64,000 nucleotides of DNA, taken from positions 186,001 to 250,000 of the forward strand of contig MCFH01000006.1 in assembly GCA_002104945.1 (NCBI GenBank). The letters are read 5' to 3'. Shown one piece after another: positions 1 to 14,900 of the stretch. The notes beneath the pieces are model-generated. The model was not told the DNA's origin and ran no database searches. It saw only the letters and a list, made by a program, of their open reading frames with translations. Positions within the stretch are counted from its first letter, which is position 1, and the number at the start of each line of letters is the position of its first letter. Source of the stretch: Piromyces finnis finn (lineage: Eukaryota > Fungi > Neocallimastigomycota). A program made the position numbers and the translations under genes.

Positions 1-676
1 TATTTTTAAATATATTAAAGGGTTAGTTTAAAATAAAGGTTAAGGTAGAGTATACTAAAAACATTATTCTTTACACTATGGTCTTTATTAGATTTTCACT
101 TTAACAATAAAATAAGTTTGACGACTTAAAATGCAATAGATTTTTACTTTAGTTTATATCTTTATTTTCTTAATTAATAGTTTCAATTGACAATTAAAAT
201 CTATTACAATTTTAAGACATCAAACTTACTGTTTGTACTTTCATCATTGATTTATATATTTAATATAAAATTTGATAATTATATTAAATAGCTCTTTCTA
301 AACTTTTAGTAATAATCTCTATTAAAATAGACTTTATAATACCATTTTATTGGATAAAAATATATATATAATCGATTATAGAATAACCAAGGTGATGATA
401 ACAACAATAACAACAAAACAATAATAATAATAAACATTTTATAATTTCTATAATTAATTTATTAAATGTAATTATATTTGTTTAGTATAAAAAAATATGA
501 AATCTATAAATCTATAAATCTATACATATATATGTTAAAGAAAAAAAGAAATAAAATAAAAAAAAGTGTATTAAATATTTATATTTAGTATTAATAATAT
601 TTATTAATAGTTGATAATTATATATATATATAAAGAATATTTATTATATTGCTTTAATTAATTAGAATTTTACATA

Positions 677-751
<75 letters not shown>

Positions 752-752
752 A
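677..752. repeat. (TAAA)n microsatellite
   Basis: Perfect tetranucleotide run. Confidence 0.95.
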
Positions 753-1312
753 TTTAAAATGTGGTTGCTTGATATTTTGACAATTAAATAATTTTCCTTT
801 TAATTAATAATAAAAAAAATAATAAGCTATTTTATTTTGTATAATATGCATCGTTTATATTAATATTTTATTTAGTAAATAATAAATATATATTATATTT
901 TATAAAACTTTAAATTGGCTATTTATGAAAAAGCTTGTTTTACTAATTGATATAAAAATTCAAAGATATTTTTTTATTTTATTTTTTTTTATTCTTTAAT
1001 AATTGGTAAAAATAAAAGTAAAAAGAAAACTTACATTATGATTATTAATAGTCATGTTTTTCTAATTTTAGATTTTTTACTCTTTATATAAAAAAATTTA
1101 TATTTTATAACTAATTTTTTTTTCATCTGTTATTGAAATATCAAAGAAATTTTATTGTTTATTCAGTAATAATTTTTTTTTAATATAGAATTAAAACATT
1201 TTTGTTATTCATTTTATTACATTATATATCTATATACATATCTAAATAAAAGTCATCACAATTTTTTTTTTAAAAAATATATTTTATTTTTAGTAATGAA
1301 GGATCAAATATT

Positions 1313-2801
1313 TTACATCCTACTGCCTAAACAATATTCGGGGGCATAACCTTGACGATTTGATTGAATATCTTTAACCATAACCCATCCACCTTCAAAT
1401 TTCTGAATAAGTTGAACAATCATTCCTCTTCTTAATGAAATATCTCTTGCATCTGAACTATTATAATCTTCGGCTACATTATAACTATTTGGTGGATATC
1501 TTCCTCCAAGAGTCGCATTAGAACTATTTCCAAGAGTTGAACCATTTGATTTCATAGTACCTGTATTTCTTAATGTTCCATTTAAATTTCTAGATTTTGA
1601 ATTAAATGTTTGTACTTTAGGATCAAATCCTTCATTATATGCATTTTGTAGATTTTGGTTGCTTGATTTTTGATATTCTTTTTCTTGTTGATGAAGCGAC
1701 TTTTTAATATTTTCTTGCATTTTAATTTCTTTTACAATCTTTGCAGAGAAAAATGAACCTATTACAATAAATACTGAAGAAACAATGACACCATAATAAA
1801 AGGGTTCCATATTGAACTTATATTCAAATGGAATTTGATATTTATGTAAAGGACAACAATATCCATCATTAGATTTTTTACAATATTCATTTTTTAGATC
1901 TTGTGTTGGATAACCTAAAATATTATTATAAATTTTATATTTATTATTAATTTGTATTATAATTAATTATTTAAAAATCTAATAGCTTAAATAGTTTGTA
2001 AAACATTTTTTGATATTAAATAAAACAATTACCGCAATTAACTATTTCTAAGTTTCTTGTATCATATTCCAAATTTGTTTCGTATTGTAAAACTTCTTTT
2101 TGATTTAATTTTTCATTATAATAAGTATTATTTAATCTTAGGTATAAATCCCTGATTTCTATAAGGAATTTATTTCTTTCTTCATTAATAACTTTAATAG
2201 GATCTTCATTTGGATATAGATCAGCTATACTTTTCATATTTTTAGTTGGATATGGACATGCATTTATATCATTTAAAAAAAAACTAACTGAAGTAAAATA
2301 AGTGTTTAAGTGATTAAGTGCTATATCATGACTTCTTAATGCATATATAGATTCTTCATCTTCATACATATATTTTTCATAGTATAAATAACAATTAACT
2401 GTTTTATCATATCTAATAGAATCTTTATAAACTTTATCTACATTTCCTAAATTGTCTTCGAGTCTAATTTCAATTTTATCCATTTTATTTATTTCTTTAA
2501 CATTATCTTCTTCATAATAACAAAGACCTCTTGATATCAATGAATAACGAATATAGTAATCTAATTTAGTACTGTAATACGTTGGATTAGAAAAATCTTC
2601 TAATATGTATTGATTATTTTCAAGCTGTTGAAGTTTTGCTTTACTTAAATATATTTTTGTATCTTTAAAATGATCACAATATGGATGTTCAGCTAATATT
2701 TTGTCATCACTAACTACACTTACTTTTTTCTTAGCCCCTTGAATTTTTATAATGAAGAGTAATAATATATAATTAAATTTTACAAATATTGAAGTTTTCA
2801 T
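1313..2801 (-). CDS. Single-pass membrane protein (signal peptide, 8-Cys ectodomain, TM helix, C-terminal SH3), copy 1; 2 exons, 456 aa
   Basis: ORFs 2016-2801 and 1313-1810 join through a phase-1 GT-AG intron at 1915-2032 (TGC G|GTAATT ... TTTTAG|GT TAT CCA). The join reads VNC-GYPTQDLKNEYCKKSNDGYCCPLHKYQIPFEYKFNMEPFYY without a stop. TM segment FYYGVIVSSVFIVIGSFFSAKIV; SH3 motifs DISLRRGMIVQLIQKFEGGWV and GYAPEYCL. Confidence 0.88.
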
Positions 2802-4305
2802 TTTATATATGTATTTTCTTTCTTTTCTTTTTTTTTTTTTTTAAATTTTATATTAAATAACTATATAATTCTATTTTTTATTATATTTATCGATTAATCT
2901 TTTTTTTATCTACAGTTTTAATATTGGAAGAGAAATCAATAGATGATTTTTATAAAATACTTTTATATATATAAAGAATATTTATTAAATACAAATAAAA
3001 AAAAATAAAATGAAAAGAAAAAAAAATGAAAATTCTTTACATAATTTATAAAAGTATCATTGCATAATAATAATTAAATTTATAATTTTAATTATAGTTT
3101 TTGTTTGAAAAGTTAAAGCAAATTACATTTATTAATTGGCTTTATCTATAAATTTTAATAAATTAATTAAATTTCATTAGCTAACCAAATAAATTAGCAT
3201 TTCATTATTTTGAAAATTCAAGTTTAAAGTTACACGAATATTCTTATATTGTTAAATAATTTAAATTTAAATTATATGTTTTTTTTATTTTTTATTTTTT
3301 ATTTTTAATGAACTTTAGGTGTTAAATAATTTAATAGTGATATAAATTCATCAATAATATAATGTATGTATAGTATTATTAATATCATTTTATAGTGAGC
3401 ATAATATATAATAATCAACATTATATAAAAATATAAAAAATGTATTTAAAATGATAAAAAAAAAAAAAAAAAAGCAATTAACTTAAATATATATACATTT
3501 ATTGTTGTCCTACTATTCTAAATATTTTGATAAAAAAAAAACTCTTCTTCCTTTAATAATAGTATTTACCAAAAAAAAAAAAAAAAAAAAAGTATTAGGG
3601 AATAAAATAACTTAAAAAAACTAATATTTATTTTATCTATCTGAAAAATAAATAACTATTAACCATACTAAAGCGTTATTTTAATTATGCCATTAAAACT
3701 TTTAATAATTATGAAAATTATATAGATTGTACTTTAATAAATGAAACCTTTTTTTATTTACAATATATATAAAACATACTATTAATAAAAATTGTTATTT
3801 TTTTTTATTTCATTTTATTTTATATTCTTCATGTATTATTTTCCCCATCTATCAAAATAATAATTATTCATTTTTATTTTTTATTAAAAAAAAAAAAAAG
3901 AATTACATTATACAAAACATAAATTGAAGATAAATCTAATTTTAAAGAATAATCTTTATTGAGAAAAAAAAAAATTGTTTGCTTCTAATTTCTTATTTTT
4001 CTACACTTCTATTTACTTAAATAATATTCCTTTAATTATTATATATATACATTTTTAATTAAATTTATATCATTTAATAGGCTGATAAATATAATTAAAT
4101 TATTCAAAGTTAAAAAATGAAAAAAAAAAAAAAAAAGAATTTATATTTATATCTAATAATAAAATAATAGATGGATGAATGTTGAATAACTATTAATTTA
4201 TAATTTATATCTACATGCCTACATACATATATTTATATAAAAAAATTTTTATCAAAAAGTTTTATTTTGTAATTGTGTGATTTTTTAATGAGAATTTTAA
4301 TATTT

Positions 4306-4336
<31 letters not shown>

Positions 4337-4351
4337 CTTTTTCTTTTTTTT

Positions 4352-5873
4352 TTATTGCATTCTACTACCTAAACAATATTCGGGGGCATAACCTTGACGA
4401 TTTGATTGAATATCCTTAACCATAACCCATCCACCTTCAAATTTCTGAATAAGTTGAACAATCATTCCTCTTCTTAATGAAATATCTCTTGCATCTGAAC
4501 TATTATAATCCTCGGCTACATTATAACTATTTGGTGGATATCTTCCTCCTCCATTTCTTAATGTGGCACCATTATTCATTCCAAGAGTTGAACCGTTTGA
4601 TGATTTCATAGTACCTGTATTTCTTAATGTTCCATTTAAATTTCTGGAATTTGAATTAAATGTTTGTAATTTAGGATCAAATCCTTCATTATATGCATTT
4701 TGTAGATTTTGGTTGCTTGATTCTTGATATTGTTTTTCTTGTTGATGAAGCGACTTTTTAATATTTTCTTGCATTTTAATTTCCTTTACAATCTTTGCAG
4801 AGAAAAATGAACCTATTATAATAAATGCTGAAGAAACAATGACACCATAATAAAATGGTTCCATATTGAATTTATATTCAAATGGAGTTTGATTTTTAAT
4901 TAAAGGACAACAATTTCCATCATTAGTTTTTTTACAATATTCATTTTTCAGATTTTGTGTTGGATAACCTATAGCATTATAATATGAAATTTTTTATTTA
5001 TAATTTAACAGTTAATAATATAATCGTTTATTCATTCTTAATATTTTATAACTAATTTTATAATTATAACAAATTCTTACCACAATTAACAATTTCCGAA
5101 TTATTGGTATCATATTCCAAAGTTGATTCATATTGTAAAACATCCTTTTCATTTAAATATTCATTAAAATAGGTATTACTTAATCTTGTATACAAATTTC
5201 CAATATCTTCAAGAAATTTTCTTCTTTCTTCAATAATGACATTAGTACGATCTTCATTTGGACGTAGATCAGCTATACTTTTCATTTCTTCAGAAGGATA
5301 TGGACAAAGAGATTCATTATTTAAAAAATTACTAACTGCATTATAGTAAATAGATAAATGATTAAGTCCTATTCTATGATCTTTTAAAGCATTTATAGAT
5401 TCTTCATCTTCATACATATATTTTTCATAATATAAATAACAATTGACTGTTTTATCATATCTAATAGAATCCTTGTAAGTTTCTTTTACACTTCCATCAT
5501 TATTAAAAACTGTTATATCAAATTTATCCATTTTATTTATTTCCTTAGCATTAATTTCATCATAATAACATAAACCTCTTGATATCAATGAATAACGAAT
5601 ATAATAATCTAATTTTGCACCATCAGGTAGTTTTGTGAATTCTGATTCTTCCAATATAAATTGATTAAGACTTTGAAGTTTTGATTTACTTAAATATAAT
5701 TTATTTGTAGAATTTGCAAAATGTTCACAATATGGATGTGTAGCTTCTATTTTATCTTCAGCATATGCATTATTATTGTTAGTGATTTTTTTTTTTTTAT
5801 ATTTAACACCTTGAATTTCTAAAGCGAAAAATAATAGAATAAAGCTTAATTTTATAAATATTAAATTTTTCAT
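4352..5873 (-). CDS. Single-pass membrane protein with C-terminal SH3, copy 2 (tandem paralog); 2 exons, 469 aa
   Basis: Same phase-1 intron position (4969-5080, TGT G|GTAAGA ... TATAG|GT TAT CCA). Same eight Cys, TM and SH3 as copy 1; offset about 3.05 kb. Confidence 0.88.
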
Positions 5874-7463
5874 GGTTATATTTAAATACTGTAAATTTAA
5901 AAACTTTTATACATATATATATTGAAATATAAATAATGTTAATTTAGAAGAAAAAATATAATAATAATATATATATTTTTCTTAAAATTAGTAGTCCTTT
6001 CAAAACTATTAAAAGAATGGAGAATAATTTTAAAATATTATTAATAATTATTAAAATTACTTTATTGTTTTAAATATTTAATCAATATTTTATTTTTATA
6101 TAAATTCTTTTTTTTTTTTTTTTTTTCAACTATTTCTATTTGTTATGTTTTTGTTTTTTTTTTGTTGATAATATAACTTTTCAATAATAAAGGTTGTTAT
6201 TGTTTTTGTTGTTGGTTTAGTTAATAAAAAAAAAAAAAAAAAAAAAAAAAACAATTTTTTTTATTATAATAAAAAGAAAAATGAATTAATTACTTGATTT
6301 AGTTTCGAATATATTCCCATATATTATAATATGTGAAAAATTAATTATTAAATAATTTTTTTAGTAAAGTAATAGAAAAATATAATATAATTAATAAATA
6401 AAATATATTAAAATATATATTGTAATATATGAAAATAATACATATTTAATAATGAAAATTGAAATATTAGAAATATAAACTTTTATATTATGAAATAAAT
6501 AAATAGAACAATATGATTTATATATTTTAAAGTTTATATTCGTATTTATCATATATAGTTTGTGTAATATTTCAAATATTTTATTATAAATTATAGTTAT
6601 TAATATAATTCCTAATCACAATATTGTATACAAATGTAATAAATGTATTATTTATGTATTGAATAAAAGGAAGGAGGTAAAAATTTATAAGCATATATAT
6701 ACTACTTAATTTTAATACTATTTATTTATTATTGATTTTATTATTGATTTTATAAATAAATATAAAAAAAATAAAAAATATATAATAATGTTATTTAATT
6801 TTAAATGAAATAAAATTTATTGGAATGTTTTTTTATAATTTTTTGTTTGTTGCTGATTAAATATATCAAAGTTCTTATCATCAATTAAAGTGACATTAGA
6901 CATTAGTATCTATTAATATTATTTTATTATTTTTTATTAATAATATTATTTATGAATATTGAATATTAAAATAGTTTTATAAGATTAATAAAAAGGAAAG
7001 AAATCAAAAAGATTTTTTAATACTATGTGGATTATTTTGAAATTATTAATGTAGAACATTTAGTTAATGTAAAACAATGTATAAAATAATGTAATGTTAA
7101 AAATTTGGATTCATACTATTATTTTATAGGTTAAATAATTTATTATATATAATAATTATTAAAATATATATTTAACCTTTAATAACAATCCATTTAATAA
7201 ATTTACTTTTGTTCATTTACCATCTGAAGTATATATCCACCAAATTAATTTAAGTTTATTAAATTAAAGCTATTTATATATTAACCAACATTTATATTGT
7301 TTAATGGAGAAATATCTTCAATAAATGTAATACAAATATAATATAAATCAAATTATAGCATTGTATTTAAACGTAATAAAAAAATAAAGAAAAGTATAAT
7401 TAATTAATTAATCAATCAGTCAACTATTTATTTTATACAGATAAATATATACTTGATAATAAA

Positions 7464-8095
7464 ATGAGTGATTCAAGAGTTCATGAATTTGATGGGATTT
7501 ATCTCGGTGGTTCAATGATTCCTGTAATTATTATTATTATTATTATATATATATATATTTTAAAAGTTTTTCTATTTCATTTTAAATTTCATTTAATAAT
7601 ATTTATTTAATAATGAATAATAATACTAATAATAAATAATAAATAATAATAAGAAAAAAAAAATACTAAAGATCATTATATTTTCTTTTTATTCATTAAA
7701 ATTTATAATATTAATAATAATAATACATATATAAATTTCTATTTCAATTTCAATAATTATATAAATTTATATTTTTCTTTAATAAATTATTGATTAAAAT
7801 ATATATTTGAAATTCATAATAATTATTTTTTTTTATTAAGGCTGTGGGAAAATTAAAGTTAGCAACAAACGGTTTAGCATGGAGAAATTCAAACACAGGA
7901 AATATCATAACAGTTTTACAAAATGATATGAAGAAATTTTCTTGGTATAGAGTTGCAAAAAATTATGAAGTAAAATTACAATGTAATAATGGAATAATAT
8001 ACAAATTTGATGGATTTGCTAAAGAGGTATTTATGTTAATTAGTTGATTGATTTTCAAATTACTTGGTATTTTATTCATTTAATAAAATTTAGAT

Positions 8096-8147
<52 letters not shown>

Positions 8148-9328
8148 TAAATGTGAATATTACTGTTTTTATAATTATATTATGAAAGCGATACCAATCA
8201 GCCATTAATTAAATATAAAGAAAGTTATAATTGGAATTAATTTTTAAATTTATTTAAATAATTGGTTTTATATAAAAGGATTACGAAGGATTAGCATCTT
8301 TTATAAAATCTCATTATCGTATAGTATTAGAACAAAAAGAATTGTCATTGAGAGGATGGAACTGGGGTAGAACAGAATTTCAAGGTACACAATTATCTTT
8401 TTTAGTTGGTAATAGACAAGTTTTTGAAATTCCATTAACTGAAGTTGCTAATACAACTTCTACAAGAAATGAAGTAGCTTTGGAATTTACCCAACCAGAA
8501 ACTAGTAGTAAAAAAATTAAGGAAGATACAATCACAGAAATGAGATTTTATATTCCTGGTATGGCAACTATTCATACTGAAGGTGAAGACCTCGAAAAAT
8601 CATCAAAGAAAACAAATACAGAAGGTAATGAAGATGAAGATAGTGAAAACCTAGTATTAGGTGAAGATGGTGAAGCAATGACAGCTGCTGCTGTATTCCA
8701 CGATACCATTAAACAAAAAGCAGATCTTAGAATGGTTACTGGTGAAGGTATTGGTAGCTTCCAAGATTTACTTTGTCTCACTCCACGGTAAATAGATTTT
8801 ATTCATTTTTTATATTTTTAGTATATATAAATAAAAGTATAATTAATAATACTATTTATAAATAAAATAATAACTGACAATATTCATTTTATCATTGCTC
8901 AATTTGTTCAAATAATATACATTTATTGATTTATATTAATAATTCAAACTAATTTCCAAAAAATGATATTTGTAACAATAATATAGTGGTAGATTTGAAG
9001 TTGACTTTTATTCAACATTCCTTCGTCTTCGTGGTAAAACTCACGATTACAAAATTAATTATGTATCAGTTATAAAACTTTTCTTATTACCAAAACCTGA
9101 TGAAATGCACATGATGTTCGTTGTTGGCCTTGATCCACCAATTAGACAAGGTCAAACTCGTTATCCATTTTTAGTTTTCCAATTTGCTAGAGATGAAGAA
9201 ATAGATATTACACTTCAAATAGATGAGTAAATATAATAATATTATTTTATTTATATAATATATATAATATAAATATTAATAATAATAACAATTAATAATT
9301 AACATATTTATGAAATAAATAATTATTA

Positions 9329-9389
<61 letters not shown>

Positions 9390-11187
9390 GAGAATTATTA
9401 AAAACAAAATATGAAGGAAAGCTTCAAAAATCTTATGATGCTCCAACATTCGAAGTTGTATGTAGTATATTTAAAGGTTTAACAGGAAGAAAGGTTATTG
9501 TTCCAGGAAATTTATATAAAAGGTAAATTAATATTTATATTATTGTGATTAATTATTTGTAAATGTAATCTATATAAACCTAGCTATTTCTAAATAATAA
9601 ATTTTAATTTTCATTTATATAATATTTATATAAATCAATTGTATTTATATTAAAATATATTATTAATATAATTCAAATTGCTATTGGCTGTTGTTGTTGT
9701 AATTAATAGTCATCATTTACATCATGCTGTTAAATGTTCATTAAAGGCAAATGAAAGTTATCTCTATCCATTAGATAAGAGTTTCTTATTTATACCAAAG
9801 CCTCCAACTTTAATTGCTCATTCTGAAATTGCAAGTGTTACATTCTCTAGAGTTGGCAGAGGAATGGCAAATACCAGAACATTTGAAATGAAATTTAATA
9901 TGAAGAATGGTGTTGATTATCAATTTGGTGGTATTAACAGGTTAGTGATATTTAATAATTTAGAAAATTTATTTATAAAAAATATTTAAATTTTACATTA
10001 AAATCATTGTATATATCTACCTATCTATCAATAGAGAAGAATATCCAGCATTAAACGAATTCTTACAATTAAAGAAAATCAAGGTAAAGAATGAATTATT
10101 AGAAGAAAACACATTAAACTTCCATGATGAATTAAGTTCTAGTGAAGATGAGGATGATAGAAGAATTGGCCGTATGGGAGGTGATGATATGGGTGATAAT
10201 GATGAAGATTCAAGTGGTAAGTAATTTATTTATAATAAATAATAAATAATTTTCTAATTTTAACAATAGTCATAGTTCAAATAAACATAATAATTATTAT
10301 TATTACCATAATATAATCATGTTAATAGAGGATGAAGATTTCGTTGCAACAGAAAGTGAAAGTGATGTTGAAGAAGAATTTGATGAAAATTATGGTGGTA
10401 CAGATAGTGAAGAAGAAGAAGAAGAAAAAAGTCATTCAAGAAAGCATTCTCGTTCATCATCAAAGAATGTTGATTCCGATAGCGAATTAGAGGGTAAGAA
10501 AATTACTAAATTATTATATTATATGGAGTTTAAAATTTTTATATAAAATTTATAGTATTTAATAAACGTTAATTAAATATATATTTTATAAATAACAATA
10601 TAGTCGAAGAATCAAGAGAGAAAAAGAAGAAAAGTAGCACAAAGAAAGAATCTAAAAGTTCAAAGAGTGATGAAAAGCCAAATAAAAGAAAAAGAAAAGA
10701 AGACGGTGCACCAAAGCGTCCAATGATATCTTTTATGTTCTTTTCTCAAGATAAAAGAGCAGAAGTTAAGCGTGACAATCCAGATGCTAGTTTTGGTGAA
10801 ATAGGAAAAATCATAGGTAATCTCTGGAAAAATGCTTCACCTGAAGAAAAGAAAGTAAGATAATCGAATAATTATTTTATTGAAATTAATTATGTAATAT
10901 TATAAATATAAATACGCATTATAATTAAATATATATTTATATTTTTCAAATGTTAATAATAGAAATATGAAAAGAAGGCATTAGAGGATAAAGAACGTTA
11001 CAAGAGAGAAATGGAAGAATATGAAAAGAAGAAGGCTGCTAGTGGTGCATCATCACCAGTATCAAAAACTTCAAAAGGAAACCCAAAGAAAAAAGCAAAA
11101 ACAAGTCATTCGGAAACCAAATATAAAAGTAAAGAAGTATTAAATGATGACAGTGATAATATTAATTCTGATGATTTTAGTAGTTAA
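7464..11187 (+). CDS. SSRP1: FACT complex subunit SSRP1/Pob3 with C-terminal HMG box; multi-exon
   Basis: Exons encode [88 protein letters not shown], an acidic tract, and HMG box APKRPMISFMFFSQDKRAEVKRDNPDASFGEIGKIIGNLWK. ATG at 7464, TAA ends at 11187. Confidence 0.95.
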
Positions 11188-11917
11188 ATTTTAACATCAA
11201 TATACAAATAATAGGAATGATAATAATAGTGCCATTTATATTATTATTTTTCTTTTTTTTTTTCTTTTATCAGTAATTTATTATTAATAATAATAATATT
11301 TTTATTTATTTTATTTTTACATTAATTCATGTTATATTTATTTTTTAATTATTTAAATAAAAAGAAAAATATTTTGTAAAAATTTAATCCTTTTTAATTT
11401 TGTTTAAAAAGTAGTGTAATAGTGGTGTATTAATAAACAAAACATATGGCTTTAAAAATTTATATATAAATAATTTTGATATAAGTATTAGTTTTGTAAA
11501 AATAACGTGGCTAAACAAATAATGTATATATATTTTAAGAGGTTTATATATCTATTTTTTGAATAATGTAGTATATATTAACCATAAATATATTTAATAT
11601 TAATTAAGAAAAATTTAAGATATTTTTCTGTTTTTAATATTATTTATTTTATCAAAAGTTTTTTTTTTTTAATTTTTTATTTTTTTTACTTTTATTTTTT
11701 TTATATATTCTTTATTTTATTTTCTTTTAGATATATTAATAGAGTTTAAATATAATTTAATAAACTACTGATTGATAAATGAAATAATTAGAATATATAT
11801 ATGTAAAAATTCTTAAAGTAGAATATATATATTTTTTAGAAAAAAAAAAAAAAAAAATTATCAATTAATTCATCTTTTTATTAATTAAAATCTAATTTGA
11901 AAGTTAAAAAAAAAAAA

Positions 11918-14900
11918 ATGAATGAGTCAAATAACATTAATATTAATATGAATATAAATAATAATATGAACAATATGAATATTGACATGCACAATATAAA
12001 CAACATACCAAATAATAGTATAATTAATAATAATAATGGTGTAAATATAAATGTTCAATATGATATAAATAATATGTCCAATAATCAATTAAATTTCGTT
12101 GGAAACAATGGAATGAATAATAATATTAATAATGGTATACTTAATGGAAATAATTATTCAATGAATAATTATCAAAATGGTATAGCTAATGGAAATGTAA
12201 TACAAAATAATTATCCAAATAATATGATAAATAATAGTATGAATTTTCCAATGAATGGAAATTCATCAAATCCCATTGTTGAAGATCCAATGGATGCTGA
12301 AGTTAAAAAAATTTTAGAAATATCAGAAATATCAGAAAGATGCGAAAGAATTAAATCAATTCTATATAGAGAACTTAGTACATTTGAAGAAAATGAATTA
12401 CCAGATGCTTTTAGCATTCTCAAATTTATAATGAAATTTACAAAATTTCAAGATGAATTATTTGCAACAGACAATACTTTGAATATAATGAAAATACCTA
12501 CCAAATTTTTAAATATATATTATCCTGAATATTATGAAAAAATATTAATTAGTATTGTTAAAATAGGAATGGAATTTTTAAAAAGTAGAAATTTAGATCT
12601 TGACGGTCTTTATCGTCAAAAAAGTGAATATATTAGAATGATCATGAATATGGAAGAACATTTAAAATCACAGAAATATTTAGTAATACCAAATATTGTA
12701 ATGGCTTTAAATGTCACTGATGAAGAAAAAGCTGAAATTGAGAGTTTAGTAAAGGCTTTAAATGGTACATGATTTTTTTTTTATGATTTTTTTTTAAATA
12801 AAATTAATTTTTTCTAACGTATTTTATTTTAAATTTTTTATTTTTATTAATATTGTAATTATAATATTGAAATTTTATTATTTAATTTAAAAGCAACACT
12901 TACTCTTTCAAATAAAGAAGCAACTCATAAAATATATTCAACTTCTGTAAAAGCAGAACCTGAAAAAATGGATTATAGAGTTATTAATAAATTTAATGAT
13001 GATAACATTGTTATTCACTGTTTGAAATATCCAGATTCATATAATAAAATTGTTAAAAACTCCTCAGAATATGAGAACTGTAATTTCAATGAAAATAATG
13101 ATTATTTATGGAATGTATCAATAAACTGGCTTAGAAATTGCTATAGATTTAAAGATTGGGTAAGTGAACAAGATTTTGTTGTTGATAAACAGGAAATTAT
13201 TGATGAAAAAGAAAGAAGATTAAATAAATACCCAGAAACTGTTGAAGAAGCAAGAGATTATTTAATAAATAAATCAAAGAAAATTATTATTCCGGAATAT
13301 GCAAAATGGTTTTCATTTTTGAAAGTTCATGATAAAGAAAAAAAAGCTCTTCCAGAATTCTTTAGTAATAAAAACAGATCAAAAACAGAAGAAATATATA
13401 AAGAATATAGAAATTTTATTATAAACACCTATAGAATGAATCCATCAGAATACCTTACTGTTACATCATGTAGACGTTTTCTTGCCGGTGATATTAATTC
13501 AATTATGAGAATACATTCTTTCTTAGAACAATGGGGATTAATTAATTATCAAGTAAATATCAATTAATAAAAAGATTATATATTTTATATATAAGCGTTA
13601 AAATTTAATTTTTATGTATTAGTATTATTTATTATAAAATTTTAATATTTTATTAATTTTTTTTTTTAATTTTTTCTTTTGAATTTATTATATCATAATA
13701 TTAAAAAAATATATAAAAAATCAAATGAAACTAATTAGATTAATCCAGAGACACGTCCACACAAAATTGGACCTTCATTTACAGGCCATTTTAGAATTAC
13801 TGCTAATACACCAAAAGGCCTTGTTCCATTTTTCCCAAATATACCAGTATCTATTGCCACTTTAAATGAAAATAATGAACAAGGTCAAAAAATCAAAAAT
13901 AATATTAATAAGCAAGTCTTCTGTTCAGCTTGTAAAACAGAATGTTCCAGCAAAAGATATCATTGCTTAACTCAAAGAAGTATTAATTTATGTCCTAATT
14001 GTTATTCGGAAGGAATATTTCCTATAGATTTAACAAGTAGTAATTTTATTAAATTAGAAAATAACATTATCGATCAAGAAATAGATGATCGATGGACGGA
14101 TCAAGAGGTTTTATTATTATTAGAAGGTATTGAACTTTACGATGATGAATGGATGAAAATTGCTGAATATGTTGGAACTAAAACTCATCGTCAATGTATA
14201 TCTAAATTCCTTGAATTACCAATTGAAGATCCATTCCTTGAAAATAATGAACTTCAAGGTACAATCTTTTCATTTTATATTAATAATTAAGTTCATTTAA
14301 ATATATTATATTTTAATAATATTAAAAAATAATTTGATGTTATTAAACCTACATTAAATAATTAATATAATACTATTTGTTATTAACGTTTTTTTTTTAA
14401 ATAATAATAATTGAAAAAAAAAAAAAAAAAATAGATGCTCTTGGAAAATTAAATTCAGAAGCCTCAGTAAATGAATTAAAGTCAGCGTCATCAACAACAA
14501 ATATTGGTCCAATGAAATATTCAAGAATACCATTTAATCAAGCAGATAATCCTGTTCTTTCGGTAGTGACTTTCTTGGCATCAATAGCAGATTCAAAAGC
14601 AACTAAAGCAGCTGTTAAAGCAGCTATAGAAGAATTAGAAAAACCAAACGCTTTAAAGAAATATATTCAAAGTTATAAAGAATCTATATTAAAAAAGGAT
14701 GCATCATTAATTAAAAAAGAAGAAGATAATAATAAGCAAGAGAATAATTCATCAATACAACCAAGTAATTATATTTAAAATTTATTTAATTTTTTATTTT
14801 AAATATGAATTATATTATTATTATTATTATTATTATTTTATTCATTTATTTATATATTCTTTAATATTAATTAATTATTAGAAACAAAATTAAAATCATC

